A DNA stretch of 63,244 nucleotides, counting the filler, from Collodictyon triciliatum (lineage: Eukaryota), in the NCBI GenBank assembly GCA_043381765.1. It is 15 parts of 15 records of this genome, joined end to end, with 100 filler letters (N's around TTAATTAATTAA, not from the genome) between each part and the next. Parts side by side here need not be neighbours in the genome. Positions count along the whole stretch, not along the records: positions 34,509 to 38,867 come from JBHJMP010006192.1; positions 38,968 to 43,326 come from JBHJMP010006193.1; positions 43,427 to 47,785 come from JBHJMP010006194.1; positions 47,886 to 52,240 come from JBHJMP010006195.1; 11 more parts are not named here. The stretch is one strand, 5' to 3'. The position numbers were made by a program, and so were the translations under genes. The notes below the pieces were generated by a model. The model ran no database searches. It saw nothing but the letters and a program-made list of their open reading frames with translations, and had not been told where the DNA came from. Positions 36,167-48,199 of the stretch are shown here, in pieces (the first letter of the stretch is position 1; each line of letters begins with the position of its first letter).

Positions 36167-38867
36167 TTGATTTATTACCATTTTGATATTGACGTGAACT
36201 GTTCTAATTCACATCAAATACAAGGCCACAGTCAATATTTAGATAAAGCTGTTTCGATGATAGATGAACATGAAAGGAGCAGTCAAATGGCTATTCAGTC
36301 CCTGCCATCAGAATACCTTGGAAGGGGATTGTGCTCTGAGCTTGTTATCCTTCCAAACATCGACCCAAATGTCCTGGATGATGAAATGTCCATTAGAGAG
36401 TCCATCAATTATGCATTTCGTGCTGATAAAGTGTACGAGGTGCGTTCAAATTCTAGAGGAGGAGGATGCACTGTATCACGCTCATCAAGGAAAAGAGTTG
36501 CTCCTGCTAGAATTCCAACTACTGAACCAAACATTACTACCACCGAAAGTTTACAAATTCAGCCGCTTGTTAACGGTATGTCGAGGATTACCGCAGCAAA
36601 CTCAACACCTGGTTCAAGTTCACCAAATATATCCTTACAACTGACCCAGGTGCTGGCGTCTCAGTTATTGATGAGTTCTACCAAGGAAGAGGATATAAAA
36701 CTCGTTGAACGCCTTGTTGCGCTTCATATTTCTTTAGTTGAGAGACAGACTCAGAGCCTACGTGACCAGGCTGATATTGCTGAGAAACAAGACGAGTCAA
36801 AGCAAAAGCTGATTCAGAGCCTTATCGACCAAGTCTCACGACTTCCAGCATCTCAGCAAACTCCACAAGTGATTGATTCATTGGTGCGCGTTATTTCACC
36901 ACAAGTAACACCATCAAGCTCTGGCCAAACAAATGCAGCTATGTTTTCAACCACGCTGCAATCTCAACTTCATGATAATCTTGTCACCAATACAAATCAA
37001 CAATCCGGCGTTAATATTACTCCCACTACTCAATTTTTTCCAACAAATCCTGTTGCTGTTCAACCAAAACCTCACGATGCTTCGCAAAACCCACCTGAGC
37101 AAGTAGCAACACCAGCAACACTGGCATCAAATGCCTCTAGACCAAACCAACCGACAACACAGCCCGGTAGCAGTGCAACAGAGACTCCACAAAGTGTAGG
37201 GAATACAAATACCCAAAAAAATGCTGGACTCATTGACTTAACAAATGTTTCAGGAGAAACTTATACTAATGCCTCCGAGCTCGCCAAAGCCATATCTGAA
37301 CAACGAGACCGACATTCTGGAAAGAATACCGATACAAAAAGAGCTCTTCGCATAATCAAGCTATTCATGAAGGAACAAACCGCTTGGGATGAGAGTTTGG
37401 ATGAACTCACTGCACTGGCCCCGGCAAGAGACAAAATCATTTCAGAGAAACTGATAACTGCTATTGGCACAATGATAGACAAAAAAATGGAGAAACTGGA
37501 CCGCCTGCTAGATTCTTTGAATATCGTTGTGGGGAACACACTTAAGGAGGATTTCGACCACACGTTGCTTGCTCAAGTCCTAGATATTCTGATAGACCGT
37601 GTCGGAACTATCTTTGCTTCGGACGAGGCTTTATGTCAAAGGATATTGGACAGTCTGATTTCAATTCTGAATTCTCTATGTATTTCTGGAGCGTCAGGAA
37701 TTCCTGAAGAAAAATACAAAGCATACAAGGAGATGTTTGGACAGAGCTGGATCGATAAGAAAATTGAGACTCGTGGTGAAGAAATCGAGAGTAAAATGCA
37801 AATTCAATATGTTCAGGCCAAGAAATCTTTGTTCTGTGAGCTACTGAAGCATATTGGCGATGACCAGAGTCCAGTCTTGAAGAATCTGAAAATAGCTGGT
37901 AGAGTTGGACTTGGACTGTTCAACGCTGCATCTGCTGCTTTCTCTTTCGACATCAGTGGCACTCTGGCATCATTGCAGGAGGTTGCTACCGCTGTTGGGG
38001 AAATTGATATCAAAAAGGATTGGTTTACATTCTATCAAAAATTTCGCGTCGTTTTATTCGTCAGTGTTGATAAAGCGAAAAAAGCGTGGGATTCTCAATT
38101 TTCAGGAAAGAAGGACAAAGTTGGAGAAACTCTGGCATTCCTAATTATCGACACAATTTATGAATGTTATCTCCACAAACACAATAGCTCTGAGGGACAA
38201 AAAGTCCGCGAATTAATCGAGCATATCACACGTCATGAAAAATGGTCTAAAAGCGAGGTTATTAACCAATTTGTGGAATCAAAAAAGCAAGAAATGGCAG
38301 AATATAATCCAAAAGAGTCAAAATTACCTACTGAACTTTTTGAAAAGGCTGGTAAAGACGAAAGAACTATTCAAGACATCATCGAGAATATCAAGGAAGA
38401 AATCGTTCGAAATGAAGAATTCAAAAGTCGATTTAATACGTACATCTCTGGCCAAGCCGAAAGAATTGTTGAGAAAGGAAAAGTTTTTGATGCCCAAGAA
38501 CGCATCCTGAATTTCATCACATCTGGAAATGAAATAGTGCTGCTCATACTTGGCGATTCTGGCTCTGGAAAATCATTGTTACAGCAGTTTATTGTGCGAT
38601 TGCTTTGGAAGGAGTATGAATACGGAAAGACGCATATTCCTTTGTATGTTGCTCTCACTTCATTGGAAAAGCCCAGAGAAAATGCCATCGAAGAACTGCT
38701 TCTTTCTGAGAGTAAAAACAGCTTCTATATTCCAGACTCTGATTTTCGAGTCGAACATATCAAAGAACTGAAAAAGATGAAATTCATCATTTTCCTGGAT
38801 GGATACGATGAGATTGAAGATAGTGGTACATCTTTCTACAAATCAAATAAGCTTGAAGAATGGCCCA
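36167..38867 (+). CDS. NACHT/STAND NTPase (NLR-like), large exon, 3'-partial; probable small upstream exons at about 35805-35925 and 36065-36150
   Basis: About 900 uninterrupted codons with Walker A VLLILGDSGSGKS, the IPLYVAL strand, and Walker B FIIFLDGYDEI. Preceded by a Q/S/T/P-rich linker and a helical region. Confidence 0.88.
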
Positions 38868-41800
38868 NNNNNNNNNNNNNNNNNNNNNNNNNNNNNNNNN
38901 NNNNNNNNNNNTTAATTAATTAANNNNNNNNNNNNNNNNNNNNNNNNNNNNNNNNNNNNNNNNNNNNATTTAATACGCTTCTCAGCTTTTTGATTTCCTT
39001 AAATTTTAATAATACATTAATTATATTTTCCAGATTTGATTAGTTTTGGTTTTCTACGAGAATTCTTAGAATTTTCCAAAATTAGATACTAAAACTTATA
39101 ATTCAGTAAAAACGAACCAATGCGAAGAAAGTTTTGTTATTTTCCGAATTAGGGTGATAAATTAGCCACAAATCTTGAACCATTCAAAGAAATAGAGCAA
39201 ATTCTGAACAAAATACACTGCACCTTTTAGATAACTAGCGCCATTTTAACCAACGTTGCTGTTCTGTTTCGGGTCATTAGCTATTTTTACTATCATCATA
39301 GCATTCAGTAGCCCCGATTCCTTGAGCTTGTGGGTTGTTCTTGATTAGCGCACGTGATAAATGTGTGCATTGTGAATACCGAACATGTAATGAAATACTG
39401 TGGAATTAGTACGTATAATTAATAATGTTACATGCAATCAAATAATTGCAACAAAATTTATAAATCGAATGATAATGTCCAATAAATTAATTAACCATAT
39501 AATATCCGCTTTTGTGTATTTTAGATCATTTCTATTTATGGAATAAGTTCGGATGCTTTTGCTTCAGTTCAATCTGCTTTTGTTCATATTTACGCGTTAT
39601 GAAAGTTTTTTTTTATTTTGCCTTTCCTCTTACTATTATGTTAACAAGGAAGCAAAGCATCAGAGTTTCTGTCAGGGAAATTATTATCCTGCGTATGCCT
39701 CAGGGATGTATGGGTAGTAAGGACAGAAATCAACAAATGGCTGAGAGGAAGCCTCAAAACTCGCAAATTATAACAAATGGAATGAGAGATGGTTTGAAAT
39801 GCCGAGCTTGCCACTGTATGGTCTCCTCTAATATTTGTTCAGCTTGCATGAGGAAGATCTTGAACTCTAATAAGAACCCTCACGTGCTCGTCGATGAGCA
39901 TATCAAACTCCAGTTGCTTATCTCATTTGTATATGCAGATTTGGACGCAACTACGTAATGGACTTCTCGAGATAAGTGATAAGCTTTACGGCTTTCGCGA
40001 CGCTGACAAAAACCATTCTTGGAGTGACCAGGATTACAACCGGTTTGATAGTGGTAAACTCTTTGAGCTCAGCCTTGATCTGTCGGGAATCGATGCGAGT
40101 TTCGTAGTTTCTATCCCAGCGTTTGTGGTTCAGAACTGCGAGTCAAGAAGGACATGATGCGGTGGGAGAGAGGAGGAAATTCACCACCCGTGACTCTTGT
40201 GCTGACCTCATTCTGTAGTGATGCCCTCATACTAATATACTTTACTCAAGATAGACCAGAAGACCACATCATACGAGTTGGTGTCACTAGGCAACCCAAT
40301 ACCTTTTTCAATCTCGAAAGGCCTCGGGAGGTGACCAGTTCTTTGAGCCTTTGAAGCCACTAACCGAGTTGATGGACGCGCCAATTTTACAAGGCTGATT
40401 TCAGATAGCTCGGAAATGCCGCTCACAAGCAGGAAGTTTTAGATCTTGAAGTCACAGTGCTGGATGAACCTTCGGCCATGTGAATGCAGGTATAAAAGGC
40501 CTTGAATTGTATGCATGCTATATTTGAAGTGATGTCGTCTAAGTGCCATGTAATTTTTATGAACAAGCAGAGCTCTTCGGCTTCTGCAAACTCCATGGAA
40601 AGAGCAGGTCGTTGCCCCAGAATCCGAAGTCGTAGAACGCCATGGTGTTTGGGTGGTGCTGCAGCTCGAAGATGATGCTGCCTTTTTTCTCAGCCAGAGC
40701 CTTTGGCAACTGCAAAGAGAGATATGCCACTCACCCTTCTTGACGGTAAGGTGGCTCCCCTTCGACTACACCTCAAGACCAAACCAAAGGCAGCTGTGCC
40801 CAAGATATTTTTCATATTTCTCTCAAAGTGTGTGTTCAATAAGTCCGCGTGTTTTTTTCTGAGAGGCATGTAACAGGTGGTGGGTCGTTTGAGTGAGATG
40901 TTTCATGTAGTGTAGTCAGGAAATGAATTGCGAAGGATGAAAAAATTTACTAACTTGCTGATTCTTCGTTTTTATGCGTTTCTCAATGTTGCATGTTCTA
41001 TCCAGGATATCGACCTGAAGGGAGTATGTTGGCAGTGTACCATCTTGTATGTACGTGTGCCTACATGTAGTAGAGTTGCAGAGCGTGGGTATGTTTGCAA
41101 TTATTATATCCTGTATTTTTCCGGGAAAGGAAGTGATGAGATGCCACACGATGCCCTTCTTATGGGTTGTCTGCAAGTGTGTTTCATTCAGAGCTTCAGA
41201 TTTATGGGCGCTTGAATTTGTGTTGTAAGCGTCTCCATCTGCGCACATCACTGTACGACTCTTTTTTATTCCAACATTAATGAAAATATATCGTGTTGTA
41301 TTAGACACCAAATTGTTTTAGTTTGTCAAACATGGTTTTTCTCACGAGAATAAAACTTGTTCCAAAGTTGTATTTCATTTATCTGTCAACGGGAAAACCC
41401 TGGTTAGTATAAGGTTAACCTTTTTTTAATTTTTTAATTTTAATTTGTAGTAGCTGTACAATCGCGGAGCCCTTAAAAGAAGGATTTTGGGAAACTACCA
41501 GGTCTTTGCAAGCTCTTCAGAAATATCTGTTCGGTTAGACGTCACGACAAGAATGAGGTGGGACTGTGCAGGCGAGTGTGCTGGATTTTTGTGAGTGTCT
41601 TGCATACTTTTTATTTGCTAAGTGAATGCGCGTGACAGAACACACAAAAAGAGCGGCGCGGTTGCGTGAGGGACATAGATACTTAGAAGTGTTGTGAAGG
41701 GTAGGGCTGACTGTCGAAAAAGAAAAAATTAGTTGAACAAATCAGTCTGATACTTGTTTTTAATCAAAAAAAAAAAAACTTGCCTGGTAGTAAATGTTTA

Positions 41801-42602
41801 GCTCCGACCTGACATCAATATGTATGCATACAAGTGAATGCGAGTTTTCATTCAGCAATTGTCCTTTCATGATGTTGGTAACAGCATACCGGCTAATTTA
41901 ACGGATATTTCGTAGTGATTGCTATGATAAATATAATTTTTTTTGCAATTAATGTATTTCAATATCTAATTAATTATTATCATATATTGCTGCTTTTACT
42001 TTGTGCAGGGTGGGCGGTGCTCCCCTTGGTTCGCTAGCCTTTATTTGGACGAACATCACTTGGACATGGCGGCGCACAAGTAAATATATCGATTAATTAT
42101 CATTTTATACACCCATTTCATGTTTTGGATTATTTATCAAGAATATCTCCTAAATTTTCTATGCCTTATTTTTTTTCTATCATTCGGTTTTTGTTATCAA
42201 TATGAATTTGGGTGCAATCGAATGGGTTGTATCGCACGCGTGAACACTAAAATATCTTACTAAATGATTTCCAACCCAATTGCACACTCGCATCGATTAC
42301 GACGTGAAATCCAATAAATTGGTATTGAGCAAATGACAGGATAAATGCATTTTTTCAAGGAGCTCATCCCATTCGACCAGGCAGACCAGTTAAGATTCTC
42401 CATTGTACGATTGAAGGTATTAAGTTGCTTTTTTTTTTACACCAAAGACGGTCAAACACACTCAACTCTCCGCATTTCTCTATGACTATTGCATTTTCTA
42501 ATCTCTTTCGATACAAAATCATCAGTCCTAATCCTTACATACTGTAGAAAATGAGTCGATTGACCGAAACTATAGGTATTATAGACCCGCCGATAGTCAA
42601 AA

Positions 42603-42885
42603 GCTGGAAGCACGCTCGCATTCTTCGCTACTCTGACCGCAAGCGAAGGGAGATGTGGGAATGTGTCGTGTGATATCTCCCACAGCATATCCAACCCCCG
42701 CTATCCACGCAACCAATCATCCACTTGGGACGCCCACCTGACTAACTCGCTATCACCGATTTCTTTCCGGTACTAACCTATCCATAGTGCCTTCTCTTAC
42801 TCACGTTTGTTCTACCATGCGCTCCCATCCCGCCTCTTTGTATGGCATAACCTCGCTATACTTTGAATCGAATAAAGGAAAAAAA
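42603..42885 (+). mobile_element. Non-LTR retroelement 3' end, copy B (5'-truncated, degenerate)
   Basis: Reverse-complement homologue of 4024-4320. Ends CTTTGAATCGAATAAAGGAAAAAAA and carries a CGA>TGA nonsense change. No TSD found. Confidence 0.85.
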
Positions 42886-43707
42886 TCTTTTATCTTTTAT
42901 CTGTTTTTCTTTTTTCTTTTTTTTTCTTTTTTTACTTTTCTGGTTTTCTCCACTGATATAGAAATGTTTTTTTAACTTATTTCCGAGCAGACCTCTGAAT
43001 AAGAAGCAACGAAAGCGATACCATATCCATTGAGTGTGATTATTAAGTGGCTCATCTCTCTAACAAAATATTTTGTTCTTTTTTGATATGCCTCACAAAT
43101 AAATTGTAGTATAGCGCTCTTACATCGGTTGTTTTTATCAAGTAAAATCCTTCAATTTTGTCGCAGGCAATCTCATGCTACATACTAATTCTCTTGAGAT
43201 AGAATTGGTTGAAGACCATGAACCCGATAGAATCTGCGCATCTACCTTCCAGTCTCCTACCTTTCTTGAATAATATTTCGACATAAATGCTCTGCTCCAT
43301 CGAAATTTTTGGACAATCTTCATCCTNNNNNNNNNNNNNNNNNNNNNNNNNNNNNNNNNNNNNNNNNNNNTTAATTAATTAANNNNNNNNNNNNNNNNNN
43401 NNNNNNNNNNNNNNNNNNNNNNNNNNTATGTATGTATGTATGTATGTATGTATGTATGTATGTATGTATGTATGTATGTATGTATGTATGTATGTATGTA
43501 TGTATGTATGTATGTATGTATGTATGTATGTATGTATGTATGTTTGTTTGTTTGTTTGTTTGTTTGTTTGTTTGTTTGTTTGTTTGTTTGTTTGTTTGTT
43601 TGTTTGTTTGTTTGTTTGTTTGTTTGTTGGTGTATATGTGTGTACCAGAGAAAAAAAGAGACATATTGGCTCATATTCATGGCTTAGAGGGCATATGCAT
43701 ATATGAT

Positions 43708-45916
43708 TTATGATGTGGGACATTTACAACGAATGAACCTTGCTTTTTGTTGAGAGCTCAATACATACCTCAATGTGGATATCAGGGTGCAGAACATAGA
43801 CGACTGAGTGCCAAGAAAGTCGTGTGCGTTCAACCCGATTTCAAAATCGATAGCGCGCAGCAAATCTCTATGCTCTGAGAACATGCGAAGCTTGTTGCGA
43901 ATAGATTCTAACTGGATAGATATTTGAAAATTAGGACTAATGTATGCGCCAGATTCTTGTTTCATTGATTTTCTTATTAAATTGATATTATTTTACAAAG
44001 AAAGACACCTTGTTTTGGAGCGTATTTTGATACATCTTGTCAACTGATTCAAGGGGCCCGTAACCCGAGCTTGAAATATACCATGAGTCATATTCATTCC
44101 AGTGTTGAGGTAAGTTACCCAGAAGCTCCTTTGTCGATGTATAGCATCCCCGCTCACTCGCAAACTGTACCATAAACTCGAATCAATACATGCGATTGTC
44201 CAAGGTTTTTATTGAGGACAATGTCATTTTTATAGCTTTCTGCATTGCTGGAAAAATAATTGGTGTTTCAAAAACTCTGTATGCATATATGTGTGTTATT
44301 TCTCATGGTATCTAATCGTCTCGTACACTGCAGTGGTTCTCCCATTCCTTGTCATTGTGATGATAAACATACACAAAAGGTTGTTTTTTGGACTTGAGTG
44401 ATCCCATAATCTCACTAGCGTACTGCTGAAAAATAAAATCGGGCTTCAAGTGCTATGTCATGATATGTGCATTTGAGTCTACTTCGAGATTGTAGTGTTG
44501 TCATCCTGCTTATATCCGGCTGCATTCAAGCAAGCCCCTTCCTCTTTAAAAAATTGCCCTGTCTATTACTTACATACCTGTTGAACCTTCCATGATAGCT
44601 CGAGAAGCGCCGGGTTGTTCTTCAGGTCGATCGAATACAGCGGACACTTGAACATAACAAGTCCGTGCGATTTGAAGTACCGCCCTAGCTCCTCATAGAA
44701 CTCGCTTGTGTGTTGCTTGAACGTCAGGTCAAACGTCACGGCCTCCTACATTTGCATGCTCGCTTCAGTGCCGTCTGCCATCTTCTTCCAAGACCTTCTG
44801 ATAAGTCTTTGGTACGATACTGCGCTTTATCGACTTGTTGAGTGTGTACTAGTTGTGTATATGATATGTGCATACTTGGGACAGTTGGATTCTAAATATG
44901 TATCATATTGCCTGACCCCAAACATGCTCAATTCTACGTGCGGGACTATCCGCACATCATGCTTTAGGTTTTGTATCAGGTGGCCGCTTTGGAAGACCGT
45001 ATCGAACTTGGCCGTTTTGTAAGGATTCCGCATGTGGTCTGTGTATACCTGTGTTGAGCACATCAATATCCACAATATCACTACTCAGCATCGACATCTA
45101 TGTGCGTGCATTCCTTGTGCGGATGTGACCTGTGGAAGAATGACTGTTCTGTTGAGTAGCTTTCCCAATAGAATGCCATACGATATGGACAGTCGCTGAT
45201 GCTCGTAGCTTCCGCACACACTAAACGTAATGTACTGACGCCACAGCATGTCAGGAAGTGTTTGATTGTGTGAAAAGGAATTGGTTAGCGATGGTTATTT
45301 TCATGATTGCTTGAGTTATTTTTTTTTAAATGCATGACAGAGAACCTTTTCTACTGCGGGGTAAAGCACGACCTCGTTTTCTAGAAGAACACCGCCTTGG
45401 AGATTATCACTATGTGGTAGATGGGGTATTGTCTCAGGGGTATATATAATAAAGGGAGCGAGGCAATAGGCGAGGACTTCAGAATGAAGAACATCGTAAA
45501 AACGAACAACAGATGGAGCAGAAAAAGGAAACAATAATCAGAAAACATAAGAAATACAGAAAAAAGAAATAAAAGAAAAAAGAAAAGAGAAAGAGAAAAG
45601 AAAAGAGAAAATAGAAAATAGACAAGGAAAGAAATGAAATGAAATGAAATGAAATGAAATGAAAAGAAAAGTAAAGAAATGAGAAAAAGGAATAGGAATA
45701 GGCGGCAGAGTAAGAAGAAAGTAAAGAAAGGAAAAGAAAAGAAAAGAAAAGAAAAGGCGACAGAGAGTGAATGAAAGCCAGAACGGAGGCTTAAGCAGGT
45801 AGATGAAGCGCTTGCCCTTTTCCGTGCGAATAGAAGAGCCTTCCAGAGAGAATCAGGACGAGCACCAGAACGAAGAGCCCAAGCATGTGGGCTGCAACCT
45901 TGATACTTGACAACAT
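43708..45916 (-). CDS. O-fucosyltransferase-family (GT-B fold) type II membrane glycosyltransferase, multi-exon
   Basis: N-terminal signal anchor (MLGLFVLVLVLILSG). Exon CGSYEHQRLSISYGILLGKLLNRTVILP fits G..NQ.........LA..LNRTLVLP. Last exon RAIDFEIGLNAHDFLGTQSSMF fits the ID..I...A..F.GT..S.F GDP-fucose-binding motif. Confidence 0.75.
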
Positions 45917-46279
45917 CGCACGACTGCTCTGGTGGATATAATAGGAAATGTCAGAACAAAAATGAACACCGAAGAATATAACAATCAAAATGTCAAAGGC
46001 CAAGGGCAAAGACAGCAACACATCATTCCGCTCTCCAACCCGCTTCCTTGCAAGAGACTCAGTATTGTACGGCAGTTCACATACCCGGCCACGCTACATA
46101 CGAACCTGAATTGAATCATCAAGGAAGTTTTGAACCTGACTGCAAGAAAGTAGGAGCAACGGCGCTTTCAAATTCGTTTATTGCGTTTTTTTTCCCGCTC
46201 CGCTTTGTCTCGTGAGTGGAAAAGAGAAAGAAATGGAGAAGAAAAACTCGGTGGATTCTGACAAGCTGTCATTGTTTGC

Positions 46280-47479
46280 CTAGGCCAGCGTCTCCATCCC
46301 AAGAACAGGGTCGCCCATCTCCTCGGCCTTGACAGTTGGTATGTCTTCTGTCTTTGGTTCTGCATCGCTCATGCGTGAAGATGGGACTTCAGAGTCTTCG
46401 TTCTCTTCTTTCTTGGATACCGTTTTGTTCGCGCTCCACAACTTCCACGTCCGGTCGTATCCCGCAGATCCAATCAGCAAGCCATCTTTTTATTTTTTCG
46501 AATAATAATGATTACAAGCAAAAGTAAAATATTACAGAATCAGAGTTAGAATCAAATGTGTAATGGTTGTTTTGCGAGCTGGGGGAAAAGACTGTTGGAC
46601 TTTATCTGCAAAGGGAATGATTATGAGCGCCGCACCTGGAGAGATTTTAACATCCAACACTTTCTGCTCGTGGTTTGTCATCGTTCTATTGCAAAGGGCG
46701 CGGAAATACAATTAGGTGAAGTACCATGAAGAGGCAGCGCATAGATGCAATATTTGAACATAATACGGGGAGATTGGTGCATGCTTTAAGGAGTCGCGAT
46801 TGGATAATATACATATCCGTCCTTTATGCGGTACAAATAAACTGACTGATAGACTCAATAAAAAAAAATATATTTAGAAGCCAAGCTCTTCATAATGCTA
46901 ATTCTTACTTGAGTGGCGTCCCATCGATGGTGGACCACAGTCGGCATGTGGAATCCACCGAGGAGGAAGCGATGAATCGGCCGTGATGGGGCTGCGATAA
47001 AATCAACGCAATCAAAATCGATGAAAGAATGACAAAGGGTAGCTTCGAAGAAAAAGTCAAGGGTGAATATCGAGTGGTACAAAATGTTGAGAAAAAAAAA
47101 CCTCGTAGTGGACTGATGTGACAAGCGATGTATGTCCAGGTATCACAATACTGTTTTCTTTCTTCCTCAAATCCCAAATCCGAATGAAGTTATCATCACT
47201 GCCCGTGGCGAGGTGATAGCTTTGCGTGTTGTGGGACAAATCATAAGGGTACAATCAGAAGATTTCAAATATGCATGTAAAGCAAATGTACCATTTATGG
47301 TGCAGATAACCGTGGGGGAATAAAACATTAATTTTAAAATCCCTGAAATTTTTTATAAGCACAAGCATACCCATCAATAGAGAAATCGCTGGCGTGAATC
47401 GGCTTAATGTGCCCCTCCAATAATTTGATATTCTTTCCTGTTCGAAGGTCCCAAAGCCTGCCCGCACAGTCTTCCCCTC
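46280..47479 (-). CDS. PRPF4: U4/U6 snRNP WD40 protein Prp4, C-terminal exons, 5'-partial
   Basis: GEDCAGRLWDLRTGKNIKLLEGHIKPIHASDFSIDG / YHLATGSDDNFIRIWDLRKK...IPGHTSLVTSVHYE / PHHGRFIASSSVDSTCRLWS / GSAGYDRTWKLWS is collinear with the PRPF4 C-terminal WD repeats. Confidence 0.9.
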
Positions 47480-47577
47480 TATGGAGTACATTATCGATTA
47501 TGGTAATTTTTCCTTCTTTTTTTTTTTTTTTTTTGTAAATTAAAAAAAAAACATTAATAATTAATTTTTTAGAGTAA

Positions 47578-47648
<71 letters not shown>

Positions 47649-48199
47649 AAAAGAAAAAGAAAAAGAGAAAAGAAAAAGAGAAAAGAAAAAGAGAAATGAA
47701 ATGAAATTAAAGGAAAAGAAAAGTAAAGAAATGAGAAAAAGGAAAAGGAATAGGCGGCAGAATAAGAAGAAAGTAAAGAAAGGAANNNNNNNNNNNNNNN
47801 NNNNNNNNNNNNNNNNNNNNNNNNNNNNNTTAATTAATTAANNNNNNNNNNNNNNNNNNNNNNNNNNNNNNNNNNNNNNNNNNNNAAGAAAAGAAAAGAA
47901 AAGAAAAGAAAAGAAAAGAAAAGAAAAGAAAAGAAAAGAAAAGAAAAGAAAAGAAAAGAAAAGAAAAGAAAAGAAAAGAAAAGAAAAAGGCACACGGATA
48001 CATTTATCTACGTGAAAAGTTACCATAGGAGCCATTTAAGTATGTTTGGAGTGTTTCCTTATTATGTTTCCCAGAGGACAAACAGAAACCAAATAACATT
48101 AGCAAAATTGGCGCGTTCTTATATATAAGACATGTTCCATTCAAAAGTAATATCATATAATGTCACTTAGATGTAAAACACATATATGATTTGATAAGG

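Noticed and set aside
41530..41572. LDVTTRMRWD resembling the hAT transposase DxxTRWNS motif
   Set aside because: Short, imperfect match with no other transposase motifs or terminal inverted repeats.
43371..43723. YVCM/HTYI/LFVC/QTNK and poly-F/poly-K ORFs here and elsewhere
   Set aside because: Translations of microsatellites and homopolymer runs.
44745..44830. In-frame TAA/TAG in the fucosyltransferase region suggesting stop-codon reassignment
   Set aside because: Resolved by two short introns flanking a mini-exon (IVPKTYQK). Long exons elsewhere have no internal stops and use CAA/CAG for Gln.
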